Source of the DNA: an uncultured Chloroflexia bacterium
GTDB lineage: Bacteria; Chloroflexota; Anaerolineae; B4-G1; SLSP01
Assembly: GCA_963751345.1 (NCBI GenBank)
Contig: CAVVUS010000024.1
Location: forward strand, 103,918-167,917
DNA: 64,000 nt
Direction of reading: 5' to 3'
Shown here: positions 1-10,490 of the stretch, piece by piece
Layout: each line of letters starts with the position of its first letter
Numbering within the stretch: position 1 is the stretch's first letter
Notes under the pieces: generated by a model
What the model was told of the DNA's origin: nothing
Database searches by the model: none
Seen by the model: the letters and a program-made list of their open reading frames with translations, nothing else
Program-made: the position numbers and the translations under genes

Positions 1-101
1 AAACATCCCTGGGATAGCGGGGACCAAGGCTGCAGTCGTAGTTGGGCCATGATTGTGGCTTGATGTGTAGACGTCACCTATAGTGTGGGAGACCATTAGC
101 G

Positions 102-634
102 ATGGCGAAACACTGGAGCAGTCGCAGAGGGAGACGCCGACAGACGTTGGCCGTGCCGTTTGTTCTCGCAGCGGCGGCCATCGTGGCGCTCGGGCGCACT
201 GATCTACGAGGCTGCTCGCCCAGAGCCGGGTCGGGCCGATGCCGGACTTGGGCCACCAGCATATCCTACCCCCCGGAACGATCGACTTCTACAACTCCAC
301 CCCACCCACCTCCGGCCCGCATTACGGGTCATTGGCACCGTGGGGCATCCACACGACGCCGATACAGAATGAGCTGCAGGTGCACAATCTCGAGGATGGT
401 GGGTGTTATGGTCCAGTACAATTGCCCGGAGGGCTGTCCCGGACGTCGTGGATCAACTTACGGCGATCGTCAGCCGGTACGACCAGCAAGTGATCCTGGC
501 ACCCTACCCCGGCATGGCCGTGAAGATCGCCCTCACGGCATGGGGACGCATCGAGACCCTCGACACCATCGATGAAACCAAGAGTCGTAAGGTTTATCGA
601 GGCTTATCGAGGGATCTACCACCACACAGGTTAG
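102..634 (+). CDS. DUF3105-like membrane-anchored protein, frameshifted
   Basis: Pieces in different frames join into one protein: N-terminal TM, 'HQHI..YNSTPPTSGPHY...QVHNLEDGG', 'VMVQYNCPEGCP', 'LAPYPGM..IALTAWGR', ending 'FIEAYRGIYHHTG*' (TAG 632-634). At least 4 frame changes. Confidence 0.65.
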
Positions 635-770
635 TGCAGTCACACTGCATCGGTCTTTACGGTGACCGGTCGACCGGTTCTGCAGGAAGCCACGAGTAAA
701 TCAGGCCCACGGCTTTGCCTTCTGCGGATTCGGGGCTAGACTGACGTAGACATCCGAAGGCGGATGCAAA

Positions 771-793
771 CGGGGCGCACAAGCTGCGCCCCG
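771..793 (+). terminator. GC-rich hairpin, possible terminator
   Basis: cggggcgca-caagc-tgcgccccg, a 9-bp perfect stem followed by a weak T-rich tract. Confidence 0.35.
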
Positions 794-827
794 TATTCTT
801 CCATTACCCTACTTAACGAGGTCATTT

Positions 828-2053
828 ATGAAGCGACTCTTGCGAGCGGCTCAATTTCGACACGACTATCTGGACCCAGTACTTGATCTTCCTGGCCGTC
901 TCGGGATTCATGCAGCGGTTCGGCCAAGGTCTGCTGAATGGTGCTCGCACCAATTTCTTCATTGACACGCCTAGGGCTGAGCGGGAACCAGGTGCTATGG
1001 CTGGAGGGAATTCGCGAGATCCCCGGCTTGGCGCTGATCTTTATCGCTGCGCTGACGATGCGCCTCCCGCTTATCATATCGAACAGCCGCTGCGATCTCA
1101 TCACCGGCATTGGCTATGGGCTTTACGCATTCGTGCACTCATACACAGTCGCTTCTGGCCGTCGCCATAGGTGCGAGCCTGGGTCTCCATATGTGGATGC
1201 CACTCAACAGCTCGCTCGCCATATCACTGAGTCCCAAGGGGCGTGCCGCTAGCGTGATGGGCATTCTCAACGGTGTCGGTTCGCTCGCCGCGATTGTAGG
1301 TATGGGTGCCCTGGCCCTCGTCTCAAAGATCGCCGGCGAGATCCCTTTGACCGCATACTACCTTGTTGGGGGCGGCTTTATCGTTGTCGCCGGCTTGCTG
1401 GTCCTCCGCATTCCTCCCACCGCCGGGGCCACAGCAGAGGCTCCCCCGCGCATGCTCCTCAAGGGGCGTTACTGGCTCTACTACGTCCTCACCTTCTTTC
1501 AGGGCTCGCGCAAACAGGTCCTCAACACCTTCGGCATGTTGGTTCTGGTGGATACCTTCAAACTGCAGGTGTGGCAGATCAGCCTGATTCTCGTAGCGAG
1601 CAGCGTCGTCAACCTTGTGGGCTCTCCCTATCTTGGCCGCCTGATTGATCGCTTCGGCGAGCGGAAGATGCTCACGGCGAGCTACACGATCCTGACGCTA
1701 GGCTGCGTCGGCTTCGCCACCGTCGGCAGCGTGCCGGTTCTGATCCTCTGCTGTTGGTGATCAAGTTGCTCGTGACGATGGAGATGGCACTCAATACCTA
1801 CGTGTACCGCTTCGACGCCTGCAGAGGAACTGACCCCTACGCTCAGCGCGGGTATCAGCATCAACCACGTCACCTCCGTAGCTATGCCGCTGGTGGCCGG
1901 CGCCGTCCTACCGCTCGTCGGCTACGAAGGCATCTTCCTGGGCGCAGCGGCCTTGATCCTGGTGTCGATCCCGTTCGTCTTTGCCATGGAAGGCAACAGG
2001 ACCCGCCACCCAGGCCCTGCCGATGGCAGCCCCATACGGCCGCAGGAGGGTAG
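828..2053 (+). CDS. MFS transporter, frameshifted
   Basis: Hydrophobic helices spread over ORFs 883, 938, 1110 and 1754; MFS motif 'GRLIDRFGERK'; ATG 828 preceded by GAGG. Confidence 0.75.
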
Positions 2054-2085
2054 CTAGGGGAGACCAAGTGCACCCCATAGAGAGT

Positions 2086-2902
2086 ATGATGATTAACGCA
2101 AACTACGTCGTGGGAACCCACGATATCGCCTTTGTCGTCTTGGATACCCTCCGGTACGATGTCGCCAGGGATGACGCTGAGAGCGGGCCGAACGCCCAGT
2201 TTGGCCGCCATCCTTCCCGATGGCCAGTGGGAGATGCGACACACGCCGGGGAATTTCACCTATGCCGCACATCACGCCTTTTTCGGCGGCTTCCTGCCCA
2301 CGCCCGCCACGCCTGGGCAACACCCACGCCTCTTCGCCGCACGCTTCCCGGGGAGCGGCACGACCACAGAGATCACCTATGCTTTTGACGCGCCGGATAT
2401 CGTCACCGGCCTGGCAAACGTCGGCTACCATACCCTGTGTATCGGGGGCGTGGATTTCTTCAACAAACTGAGCCCCCTGGGGAGCGTTCTCCCCGGCCTC
2501 TTCGCAGAGAGCCATTGGGATCCTGAACTCGGCGTGAGCGGCCGCCGCTCCACGGAGTATCAGGTCCGTCTGGCAGCCCGGCGATTGGAGGAGATCCCGC
2601 GCGCCCGGCGGGTCTTCCTGTTCCTCAACGTGTCAGCGATTCACCCACCCAACCACTTCTACCTACCGGGGGCCAAAGAGGACAGCCTGGAGACGCAAGC
2701 AGCCGCACTCGCCTACGTCGACCGCCATCTTCCGACACTCTTTGCGGCGCTCCGCCGCCGCGGTCCAACGCTCCTGATCATCTGCTCCGACCACGGCACC
2801 GCCTACGGAGAAGACGGATACTGGGGCCACCGCCTCAGCCATCCGGTCGTCTGGACCGTGCCCTACGCGGAGCTTATCCTACCCGGCGCGATTTCCCTCT
2901 AG
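2086..2902 (+). CDS. STM4013/SEN3800-family sulfatase-like hydrolase, frameshift near 2170
   Basis: '[19 protein letters not shown]' joins '[16 protein letters not shown]...[16 protein letters not shown]'; alkaline-phosphatase superfamily metal motifs. Confidence 0.75.
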
Positions 2903-4077
2903 AGCGAAATTCGCCCGGGAGGTGGGAGTCGCCGCAGCCGCTCCATCGCCTCCCGGATCCGGTCGGTCGGGGCCGTGGCAGAGATACGGACGTAGCCCGT
3001 CCCTGACGGACCGAAGAAGGCACCGGGCGCCACCGCCACCCCGGCCTGTTCCAGCCACCGGCGGGCCAGCACCTCCGAGCTCTCGCCCTCCGGCACCGCC
3101 GCCCAAAGATAGAGTGCAGCCCGCGGCAGCGAGGCATCGAGCCCGACCGCGGTCAAGCCCTCGGCCAGGATCTCTAGCCTGCCACGATAGATGGCGTTGC
3201 GCTCCGCGATCCAGGCAGGTTCGATAGCCAACGCCCGTACGGCAGCTTCCTGCAGAGGATGGAACATGCCCGAGTCCACGTTGGATTTGACCTGGGCTAG
3301 GGCAGCGAGGACGTCGGCGTTACCCACGGCCATGCCCATACGCCACCCGGCCATGTTGTAAGTCTTGGAGAGTGAGTTGAACTCGACGGCGACATCCTTC
3401 GCCCCCTCGACCTGGAGGACGCTGGGTGCCTCGTAGCCATCGTAGGTCACGTCGCAGTATGGGGCATCAAAGCACAGGAGGATGTCGTGGGCGCGGGCGA
3501 AGGCCACGGCTTCCTCCAGGAACGCGAGGTCGGCTACCGCTCCCGTGGGGTTGTTCGGGTAGTTGAGCCAGATCATCCTCGCCCGCGAGAGGGCCTCCGG
3601 CGGAATCGCGTCCAGATCGGGGAGGAAGTTGTTTGAGGCGACCAATGGGAACGTCGCGACTTCGGCACCGGCCAGCAGTGCGCCCATCGTGTAGGGAGCA
3701 TAGCCGGGGTCCGGCACGAGCACGACGTCACCTGGACCCACACAGGCCATGGCAAGGTTGACGATGCCCTCCTTGGATCCCATGAGCGGGACGACCTCGG
3801 TCTTGGGATCGAGGCCCACGTTGAATCGGCGTGCGTAGTATTCCACCACCGCACGCCGCAGGGATGGCAGCCCTCGATAGCCGGAATAGCCGTGATGGCT
3901 GGCTTCGTGCGCCGAAGCGCACAGCGTCTCAATAACGTCCGCAGCGGGAGCAAGATCCGGATTGCCGATATCCAATCGAATCACGTCCACACCTCGCTGC
4001 TGGACCCGACCGATCTCGGCCGCCCAGATGGCGAAAGGATACGGGGGAAGTGTAGCCAACCGCTCAGCTATTCTCAT
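2899..4077 (-). CDS. PLP-dependent class I/II aminotransferase (LL-DAP aminotransferase-like)
   Basis: 'LDIGNPD', 'NYPNNPTG', '[14 protein letters not shown]' (PLP Lys); own ATG at 4077 with a purine-rich RBS. Confidence 0.9.
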   Translation of the reverse strand: MRIAERLATLPPYPFAIWAAEIGRVQQRGVDVIRLDIGNPDLAPAADVIETLCASAHEASHHGYSGYRGLPSLRRAVVEYYARRFNVGLDPKTEVVPLMGSKEGIVNLAMACVGPGDVVLVPDPGYAPYTMGALLAGAEVATFPLVASNNFLPDLDAIPPEALSRARMIWLNYPNNPTGAVADLAFLEEAVAFARAHDILLCFDAPYCDVTYDGYEAPSVLQVEGAKDVAVEFNSLSKTYNMAGWRMGMAVGNADVLAALAQVKSNVDSGMFHPLQEAAVRALAIEPAWIAERNAIYRGRLEILAEGLTAVGLDASLPRAALYLWAAVPEGESSEVLARRWLEQAGVAVAPGAFFGPSGTGYVRISATAPTDRIREAMERLRRLPPPGRISL

Positions 4078-4082
4078 AATAC

Positions 4083-4545
4083 CTATCCATCCTTTTGGTT
4101 GCGATCCCGCAGGACACCCGAGGAGTGCCTGCAGACCGAGTTCATAACTACGCCAGCCAAAGCCGCTGATCTGGCCAACGCAGACAGGGGCAATCAGCGA
4201 GGTATGCCGAAAAGCCTCCCGCGCGTGGACATTGGAGAGATGAACTTCAACGGCGGGGAGCGCTATGCCGGCAATCGCGTCCCGCAGCGCTACGCTCGTA
4301 TGGGTGTAGGCCCCCGGATTGATCAGTACACCGTCCGCCCAGTCCATCGCAGCGTGAAGCGCATCGATCAGCGCGCCCTCACCGTTGGCCTGCAGGATTC
4401 GCAGATCGGCGCCAATCCGCTCAGCCGCTTGCCTCAAGCGGTCGTCGATCTCGGCAAGCGTGACACTGCCGTAGGTGTCGGGCTCGCGACGCCCCAGTAA
4501 GTTGAGATTCGGACCATGCAGCACAAGGATCTTGAAGGTAGTCAT
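4083..4545 (-). CDS. aroQ: Type II 3-dehydroquinate dehydratase
   Basis: '[17 protein letters not shown]', '[16 protein letters not shown]', '[15 protein letters not shown]'. The stop at 4083-4085 is reached if one extra G near 4118 is removed. Confidence 0.93.
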
Positions 4546-4630
4546 AGATCGGTTTCCCTTTCATCTATACTACGCCAGGGTGATCCGCGAAAGTAATCCG
4601 ATGGACCCGGCCAAGAGAGCTCGGCCAGCC

Positions 4631-6223
4631 TCAATCCCCAGCACGGGCGCCCAACTCGACCAGCACCGAACGCACCAGTTCCTCAGGCACATCGCGCACG
4701 ATCTCGGCCCTGCCAATCTCGTAGGGCAATATCCAGCGTAGTCCGGCTCCCTGGCGCTTCTTGTCGTGCCGCATCGCCGCCCATATCTCGTCCACGGGCC
4801 AGGGCGGGCACGTTATGGGCAGCCCCGCGGACCGCAACGTCGCCGCGATCCCGTCAGACAGGCGCGGCACGGCACGCCCCAGCGATTCGGAAATCCGAGC
4901 CGCTACCACCATGCCGATCGAGACCGCCTCCCCGTGACGCATTCCATAGTGGCTGAGCTGCTCGAGCGCGTGGCCCGCCGTGTGGCCCAGGTTGAGGACG
5001 GCACGGCGACCACGCTCGAAGGGATCCTCCTGGACGATATCAATCTTGACCTGGATCGAACGGGCCAACATTGCGGGCGTGATTCGCATGGCATCCTGCC
5101 GCCGCACCGCCGCCGCCAGCTCTTCATAGAGCAAGGCATCGCCGATGACACCGTGTTTGATGACCTCTGCCATCCCGGAGCGAAGCTCTGCCTCGGGCAG
5201 CGTCTCAAGAACCTCCAGGTCGACGAAGACGACCTCCGGCTGCTTAAAGGCACCGACCAGGTTCTTGCCCTGGGGCAGGTCGACGCCGGTCTTGGCCCCG
5301 ACGCTGGCATCGGTCATGGCTAACAGCGACGTGGGCACCTGAACAAAACGCACGCCGCGCATAAACGTGGCAGCAGCAAACCCCGCAATGTCACCGGTCA
5401 CGCCACCGCCCAGGGCGAGGATCGTGCCACTCCGGTCGAGATCGCCTTCGAGCAACTGATCATAGAGTCCGCGCACCGTCTCAGGCGTCTTGTAGTCCTC
5501 TCCATCCGGCAGGGCACAGATAAAGGACGAGAATCCGGCAGCGGCCAAGGCATCGCTGACCGGTCCTGCGTAGAGCGGCGCCACCACGTCATTCGACACG
5601 ATCGCAACGCGCGTCCCTGTCGAGATGCCCGCAGCCCGTATGACGCCCCCAAGATAGCCGAGCGTATCGCGACCGATGTGGATGTCATACGCTCCACCCG
5701 GATAGGAAACACTGAGCGTGCGAACGTGGGCCAGGTTAGCCACGGCCTCGGCGACTTCGGAGAGCGATCGCCCCTTCGTATCAAGCTGCCACGGGATCGA
5801 CGCGTAGGATTCCTCACGAGCGGACAACAGGCGCTCGGCATCGTCGCGGCGCTCGGGACCGGAGAGAAGCGGACGATCTTCGGCCTCGCCGACCCTACGC
5901 AGGATTTCGTCGACGTCCGCCCGCAGGCAGACGATCGTGGAAGAGCGCGCCCACGCCGCACGGTTCACAGGGCTCACAAGCGCTCCCCCGCCGGTAGCCA
6001 CGACCAGCCCACTGCGCGCACCCAACTCCCGGCAGAGCGCAGACTCCATCTCCCGGAAAGCAGGCTCACCGTCCTCCTCGAAGATGCGTGAGATGGGCTT
6101 GCCTGATCGCACCTCGATCTCGGTGTCCATGTCGATGAAGGGCCGATCCAGCCTCCGTGCCACCTCGCGTCCGACCGCGGTTTTCCCCGTCCCCATAAAG
6201 CCGGTCAGCACCAGGTTATCCAT
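4631..6223 (-). CDS. aroKB: Fused shikimate kinase / 3-dehydroquinate synthase
   Basis: N-terminal 'GFMGTGKT', 'ATGGG', 'RPLL'; C-terminal 'GGGVTGDIAGF', 'PTSLLAMTDASVGAKTG', 'LNLGHTAGHA'. Confidence 0.93.
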   Translation of the reverse strand: MDNLVLTGFMGTGKTAVGREVARRLDRPFIDMDTEIEVRSGKPISRIFEEDGEPAFREMESALCRELGARSGLVVATGGGALVSPVNRAAWARSSTIVCLRADVDEILRRVGEAEDRPLLSGPERRDDAERLLSAREESYASIPWQLDTKGRSLSEVAEAVANLAHVRTLSVSYPGGAYDIHIGRDTLGYLGGVIRAAGISTGTRVAIVSNDVVAPLYAGPVSDALAAAGFSSFICALPDGEDYKTPETVRGLYDQLLEGDLDRSGTILALGGGVTGDIAGFAAATFMRGVRFVQVPTSLLAMTDASVGAKTGVDLPQGKNLVGAFKQPEVVFVDLEVLETLPEAELRSGMAEVIKHGVIGDALLYEELAAAVRRQDAMRITPAMLARSIQVKIDIVQEDPFERGRRAVLNLGHTAGHALEQLSHYGMRHGEAVSIGMVVAARISESLGRAVPRLSDGIAATLRSAGLPITCPPWPVDEIWAAMRHDKKRQGAGLRWILPYEIGRAEIVRDVPEELVRSVLVELGARAGD

Positions 6224-6836
6224 CAGCCACCCCCAATCCCGCCTCCGGGGGAAAAGCACACGCGACCACGCTCGCCACGTCGCGAAGCCAGGTAGCCCTC
6301 TGCTCCGGCGTGCTGGTCACGATGACGCAGTACATCCGGCGATCGAATGCCCGCACTCCGCAGAGATCGAAAATACACCGACGCCAAAGACCCTCGAGGG
6401 GATCGCCGAAGGCCTCGCGCTCGCGCGGCTCCGGCGTGTTCGAGGTATTGAAGACCAAAGCCGCCTTTGCCCGCAGGAGGCCCACCGGCACCCCATCGCC
6501 CGTGTCGCCTTCCAGGAACTCATAGGCGATCCCTGGACGGATCACGCGATCGATCCATCCCTTGAGAATCGCGGGCGGCTGTCCCCACCAATTAGGGTGG
6601 ACGACGATAATCCCATCCGCTTCTGCCACCTCGCGACAATGCCGTTCGATCACAGGATCGAGCACCGCAGCCTTCGGGATCTCCTCGTACGGCAGGATCG
6701 GATCGAAACCCTCGGCATAAAGATCGTGGTAGGCTACGGCGTGTCCGTTCTGCTCAAGCGTCGCCGCGGCGGTCTCCGCGATGGCATGGTTGAAGCTCCC
6801 GGGTCTGGGATGTCCGAGAATGAGGGATATCTGCAA
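6216..6836 (-). CDS. Flavodoxin-fold NAD(P)H dehydrogenase (quinone) family protein
   Basis: 'HPRPGSFNHAI', 'DLYAEGFDP', 'PNWWGQPPAILKGWIDRV'. Confidence 0.88.
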   Translation of the reverse strand: MQISLILGHPRPGSFNHAIAETAAATLEQNGHAVAYHDLYAEGFDPILPYEEIPKAAVLDPVIERHCREVAEADGIIVVHPNWWGQPPAILKGWIDRVIRPGIAYEFLEGDTGDGVPVGLLRAKAALVFNTSNTPEPREREAFGDPLEGLWRRCIFDLCGVRAFDRRMYCVIVTSTPEQRATWLRDVASVVACAFPPEAGLGVADG

Positions 6837-6854
6837 CGGCTGTCTCCTGTCCGG

Positions 6855-8153
6855 TCAGAACAACGCGAACGCCCGCGGATCGACGGCACCTGCCTGGTGC
6901 ACGAGCATCGCGTTCATCAGCTCGACGGCCATGCGTGACTCCAACGTAATCCCCGCGCGCACGCCCACGCAGGGATCGTGGCGGCCCTTCTTAAGCCGGA
7001 ACTCGATCTCCTCCAGGTCCTTACGTACGGAGAGTTGTGGTTTCTGGATGGAAGATGTAGGTTTGAAGGTCACGCGACACACAAGGGGCATGCCGGTGGT
7101 GATCCCACCCAGAAGCCCGCCGTGATGGTTCGACTGAAATCCAGCGGCCCTGATAGCATCGTTGTTCTCACTGCCGCGTCGGTCCGCCACCGCAAACCCG
7201 GCCCCTACCTCGCACGCCTCCGCCGCGTTGAGCCCACCGAGGGCCCCCATCAGCCGCAGCTTGAGGCTCTGGTAGAGCGGCGTACCAGCCAGCGGCGGCA
7301 CGTTGACGGCCACGACCTCCACCACGGACCCGATCGAATCATCCTCGGCGCGAACCTGCTCGATCAGATCGCCGGCTTGCTGGGCAAATGCAGGATCAAG
7401 GCTCGGGATCGCAGCCTCAGTCAAGATGCGTTCGAGCTCGTGGAGCCGGGCGCCGGGTACCGGCGTCCTCTGCGTATGGTCAAGGACCAACCTTTCGACC
7501 TCTTCAGCGAGGGTGCGGGAGGACTTGAGAGAACCGACCTGGAGCACCGAGGAGAGAAAGACCGTTTGGAAGTGTGTTTCCAGAAAAATCCGCGCCACGG
7601 CGCCGCCAATAACGTCCGAGATCGTCGCACGGTAACTCGCCCGGCCTCCACCACGGGGGTCCGCAGTTCCGCGCGACTGGTAATACTTGAGGAGGTCGGC
7701 GTGGCCCGGCCTGACCTCACCCGCCGAGCCGGTGAACTGTGCATAGTCAGCCGAGCGCTTCGAGGAGGAGAGCACCACAGCAGCGATCGGCTCGCCTGTC
7801 GTGGTGCCCTCCTCATATGTGCGTGCTCCCGCAACTTCAGCCGGTGCGATCAGCTCCGCTTCGCCCTCTGGTGGGAGGCTGGGAAAGTAGGGCTCTGAGA
7901 CAAGCCCGGGTCCCGCTAACAAGCGCTCCAGGTCGTCATCGTACAGCCCTGAGAGCAGCAAGACCTGGTCCACCTCGCTCCTGGAGGTGCCGTAGCGGCT
8001 GCCGCCCGGCCGTCGCCGGTCCAAATAGCGCTGGATCTCACGACGCGTAAGACGGAGTCCTGCCGGGCAGCCAAAGACGATCGTCGTATAAGCAGGCCCG
8101 TGCGACTCACCCGCGCCCGCCACGCCAAAGAGCGGCCCTCCAAGGATTTCCAT
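6855..8153 (-). CDS. aroC: Chorismate synthase (divergent, with insertions)
   Basis: 'GESHG', 'RRPG', 'RPGHAD', 'GGRAS.R', 'GGITTG', 'FKPTSSI', 'GRHDPCV'. Confidence 0.92.
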   Translation of the reverse strand: MEILGGPLFGVAGAGESHGPAYTTIVFGCPAGLRLTRREIQRYLDRRRPGGSRYGTSRSEVDQVLLLSGLYDDDLERLLAGPGLVSEPYFPSLPPEGEAELIAPAEVAGARTYEEGTTTGEPIAAVVLSSSKRSADYAQFTGSAGEVRPGHADLLKYYQSRGTADPRGGGRASYRATISDVIGGAVARIFLETHFQTVFLSSVLQVGSLKSSRTLAEEVERLVLDHTQRTPVPGARLHELERILTEAAIPSLDPAFAQQAGDLIEQVRAEDDSIGSVVEVVAVNVPPLAGTPLYQSLKLRLMGALGGLNAAEACEVGAGFAVADRRGSENNDAIRAAGFQSNHHGGLLGGITTGMPLVCRVTFKPTSSIQKPQLSVRKDLEEIEFRLKKGRHDPCVGVRAGITLESRMAVELMNAMLVHQAGAVDPRAFALF

Positions 8154-8156
8154 AGT

Positions 8157-9482
8157 CTATGCCACAAGACGAACGAGATGGTACTGCTTCTTTCCCCGCC
8201 GCAGGACGACATACCGCCCCTCAAAGGCATCGGAGACCGTCAGGCTTCGATCGCTATCAGAGACCTGTACGTTGTTGACGTAGACCCCGCCATTGCTCAG
8301 GAGCCGCCGCGCCTCTCCCTTCGAGCGGGTGAGGCCAAGCTCATCAAAGAGATCGACGACAGAGAGGCCGGCGCCCTCCAAGCGAGACGTCGCGAGGTCA
8401 CTCGATGGCACGTCGGCAAAGATATCGGAGATGTCTTGGGCGTCGAGTCCCGCGATTTCGCCACCGAAGAGCACCTGCGAGGCCTGCTCAGCCTTTGCCA
8501 GGGCCGTCTCGCCATGGGTGAGCCGCGTCATCTCCTGCGCAAGCGTCCGCTGTGCCTCTCGCCTCTCCGGGTGCTCTGCCAGCTTGGTTTCGAACTCGGC
8601 AATCTCCGCCTGATCCAGCCACGTGAAGTATTTCAGGTAGGGGATCACATCGTCATCGCCCTGGTTGAGCCAGAATTGGTAGTAGCGGTAGGGTGAGGTC
8701 TTCTCGGCGTCCAGCCAGATCGTGCCGCGCTCCGTCTTTCCGAGCTTGTTGCCGTCGGCACCGGTCACCAATGGGTAGACGAGGCCATAGGCCCGTGTCC
8801 CACGCGTCCGCCGGATCAACTCGACCCCCGCGGTGATATTTCCCCACTGGTCGCTGCCGCCGGCCTGCAGGGTACAGCGATGACGGTCGTAGAGCTGCTG
8901 GAAATCGTAGGCTTGCAGCAGCATGTAGCTGAACTCGGTGTAGGAGATGCCCTCCTCACGCTGCAGTCGCGTCTTGACCGAGTCCTTGGCCGTCATGTAG
9001 TTGACGGTGAAGTGTTTGCCCACATCGCGCAGGAACTCCATCATCGAGATCTCAAGGAGCCAGTCGGCGTTGTTGACGATCCGCGCCGCATTATCCTTGG
9101 CCTCAAAATTCAGGAAGCGCGCTAACTGTCCCTTAATGGCCTCCACATTGGCCTGGACCTCGGCAGCTGTCATCAACTGTCGCTCGTTGGCCTTACCGCT
9201 TGGATCGCCGATCATGCCCGTACCGCCACCTGCCACCGCGATCGGCGTGTGCCCGAAACGCTGCAGCCGGGCCAGCCCCATCAGTGCCAGTAAGTTGCCG
9301 ACCTGCAGGCTGTCGGACGTTGGATCGAAGCCAATATAAACGGTGACCTTTTCCGATGCCAAGACCTCCGGCAGGCCTTCGGTGAAGTCGTAGACCAATC
9401 CTCGCCACCTGAACTCATCAAACACGCCCTGCGTGAGCACCGTTTCACCTGTCATGGGTCTCCCTTCGCTCTTGTCTGCCAT
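8157..9482 (-). CDS. tyrS: Tyrosyl-tRNA synthetase
   Basis: '[15 protein letters not shown]', 'IGDPSGK', 'GGSDQWGNI', 'KLGKT', C-terminal S4 domain; start may be 9455. Confidence 0.96.
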   Translation of the reverse strand: MADKSEGRPMTGETVLTQGVFDEFRWRGLVYDFTEGLPEVLASEKVTVYIGFDPTSDSLQVGNLLALMGLARLQRFGHTPIAVAGGGTGMIGDPSGKANERQLMTAAEVQANVEAIKGQLARFLNFEAKDNAARIVNNADWLLEISMMEFLRDVGKHFTVNYMTAKDSVKTRLQREEGISYTEFSYMLLQAYDFQQLYDRHRCTLQAGGSDQWGNITAGVELIRRTRGTRAYGLVYPLVTGADGNKLGKTERGTIWLDAEKTSPYRYYQFWLNQGDDDVIPYLKYFTWLDQAEIAEFETKLAEHPERREAQRTLAQEMTRLTHGETALAKAEQASQVLFGGEIAGLDAQDISDIFADVPSSDLATSRLEGAGLSVVDLFDELGLTRSKGEARRLLSNGGVYVNNVQVSDSDRSLTVSDAFEGRYVVLRRGKKQYHLVRLVA

Positions 9483-9485
9483 TGT

Positions 9486-10490
9486 TCATCCGTCCGTTCC
9501 ACGCCTGTCGGCCAACGCTCGCATAGAGACGTCGCGCATCTCCCGCGTCGTTCGCTCCACATCGAGTCCAGCATCCAACCATAGCGCCAGCGCCAGGGCG
9601 CCCTGTCGTGCCAACATGCCCAACCCGTCGATCACCCGCGCGCCGCAACGCCGGGCGTGCCGCAGGAGCCGGGTCTCCAGCGGATTATAAACGAGATCGA
9701 AGACCGTCAAATGCTGCGGGAGGGGAATGCGATCCGGCCAGATGCTTTCCTCGACGTGCGGCCACATACCCACCGTCGTCGCATTCACCAGCAGATCCAC
9801 CGTCTCCGCGGCGGCGGCCAGATTCTGCGGATCCAGCGTCAGAGCACCCAGACGCCCATTGCCAATACCCGCACCGTGCAGGTCCGCAACCAATCCTTCG
9901 GCGCGGGCCAACGTCCGGTTGAGCACGTGGACCTCGGCCATCCCCGATGCCAACAACGCGTAGACGACTGCGCGTGCAGCCCCACCCGCGCCAACCACCA
10001 GGGCCCTTCCACCGCCTGCGGGGTCATAGCCGCCGGCCCTTAGCGACCCAACAAAGCCTGGCACATCCGTATTGTAACCGTGGAGCGTTGACGTCCCACT
10101 GCTCTGCCGCCTGACCACAATGGTATTGACAGCGCCTAAGGCCGCAGCCTCAGGAGCGATCTCGTCCAGCAACCCCATGACGGCCCTCTTGTGCGGCACG
10201 GTCACATTGATACCTCGAAATCCAAGTGCCCGTATCCCGCGTATCGCGTCTCCGACCATCCCGGCGGGTACGGGCAAGGGCACGTAGCACCAATTCAGAT
10301 CGAGGCGGTGGAGGGCAGCGTTGTGCATCGCAGGTGACAGGCTGTGAGCCACCGGCCAACCGATGACCCCCACGAGCTGCGTTGCGGCGTCAATCCGGCC
10401 CCTATCTGCATCTCCTTCTACCGTCGGAACATAAGAGGGAGAACACCCGGCTGCAGGCGCGGGGTGAGGGCCGGCAGCCTCACTCACCAT
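9486..10490 (-). CDS. aroE: Shikimate dehydrogenase
   Basis: 'GWPVAHSLSPAMHN', 'NVTVPHK', 'GAVNT', 'NTD', 'GAGGAARA', 'DLVYNP'. Confidence 0.95.
   Translation of the reverse strand: MVSEAAGPHPAPAAGCSPSYVPTVEGDADRGRIDAATQLVGVIGWPVAHSLSPAMHNAALHRLDLNWCYVPLPVPAGMVGDAIRGIRALGFRGINVTVPHKRAVMGLLDEIAPEAAALGAVNTIVVRRQSSGTSTLHGYNTDVPGFVGSLRAGGYDPAGGGRALVVGAGGAARAVVYALLASGMAEVHVLNRTLARAEGLVADLHGAGIGNGRLGALTLDPQNLAAAAETVDLLVNATTVGMWPHVEESIWPDRIPLPQHLTVFDLVYNPLETRLLRHARRCGARVIDGLGMLARQGALALALWLDAGLDVERTTREMRDVSMRALADRRGTDG

Noticed and set aside
2899-4545. Apparent AroQ-aminotransferase fusion (548 aa)
   Set aside because: Removing one G near 4118 gives a natural AroQ end '[13 protein letters not shown]' with the next ATG 5 nt later and an RBS. 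With so many indels in the window, an artefact is more likely.
4631-6223. AroK-AroB fusion as a novelty
   Set aside because: It looks real but is a known fusion in several bacterial lineages.
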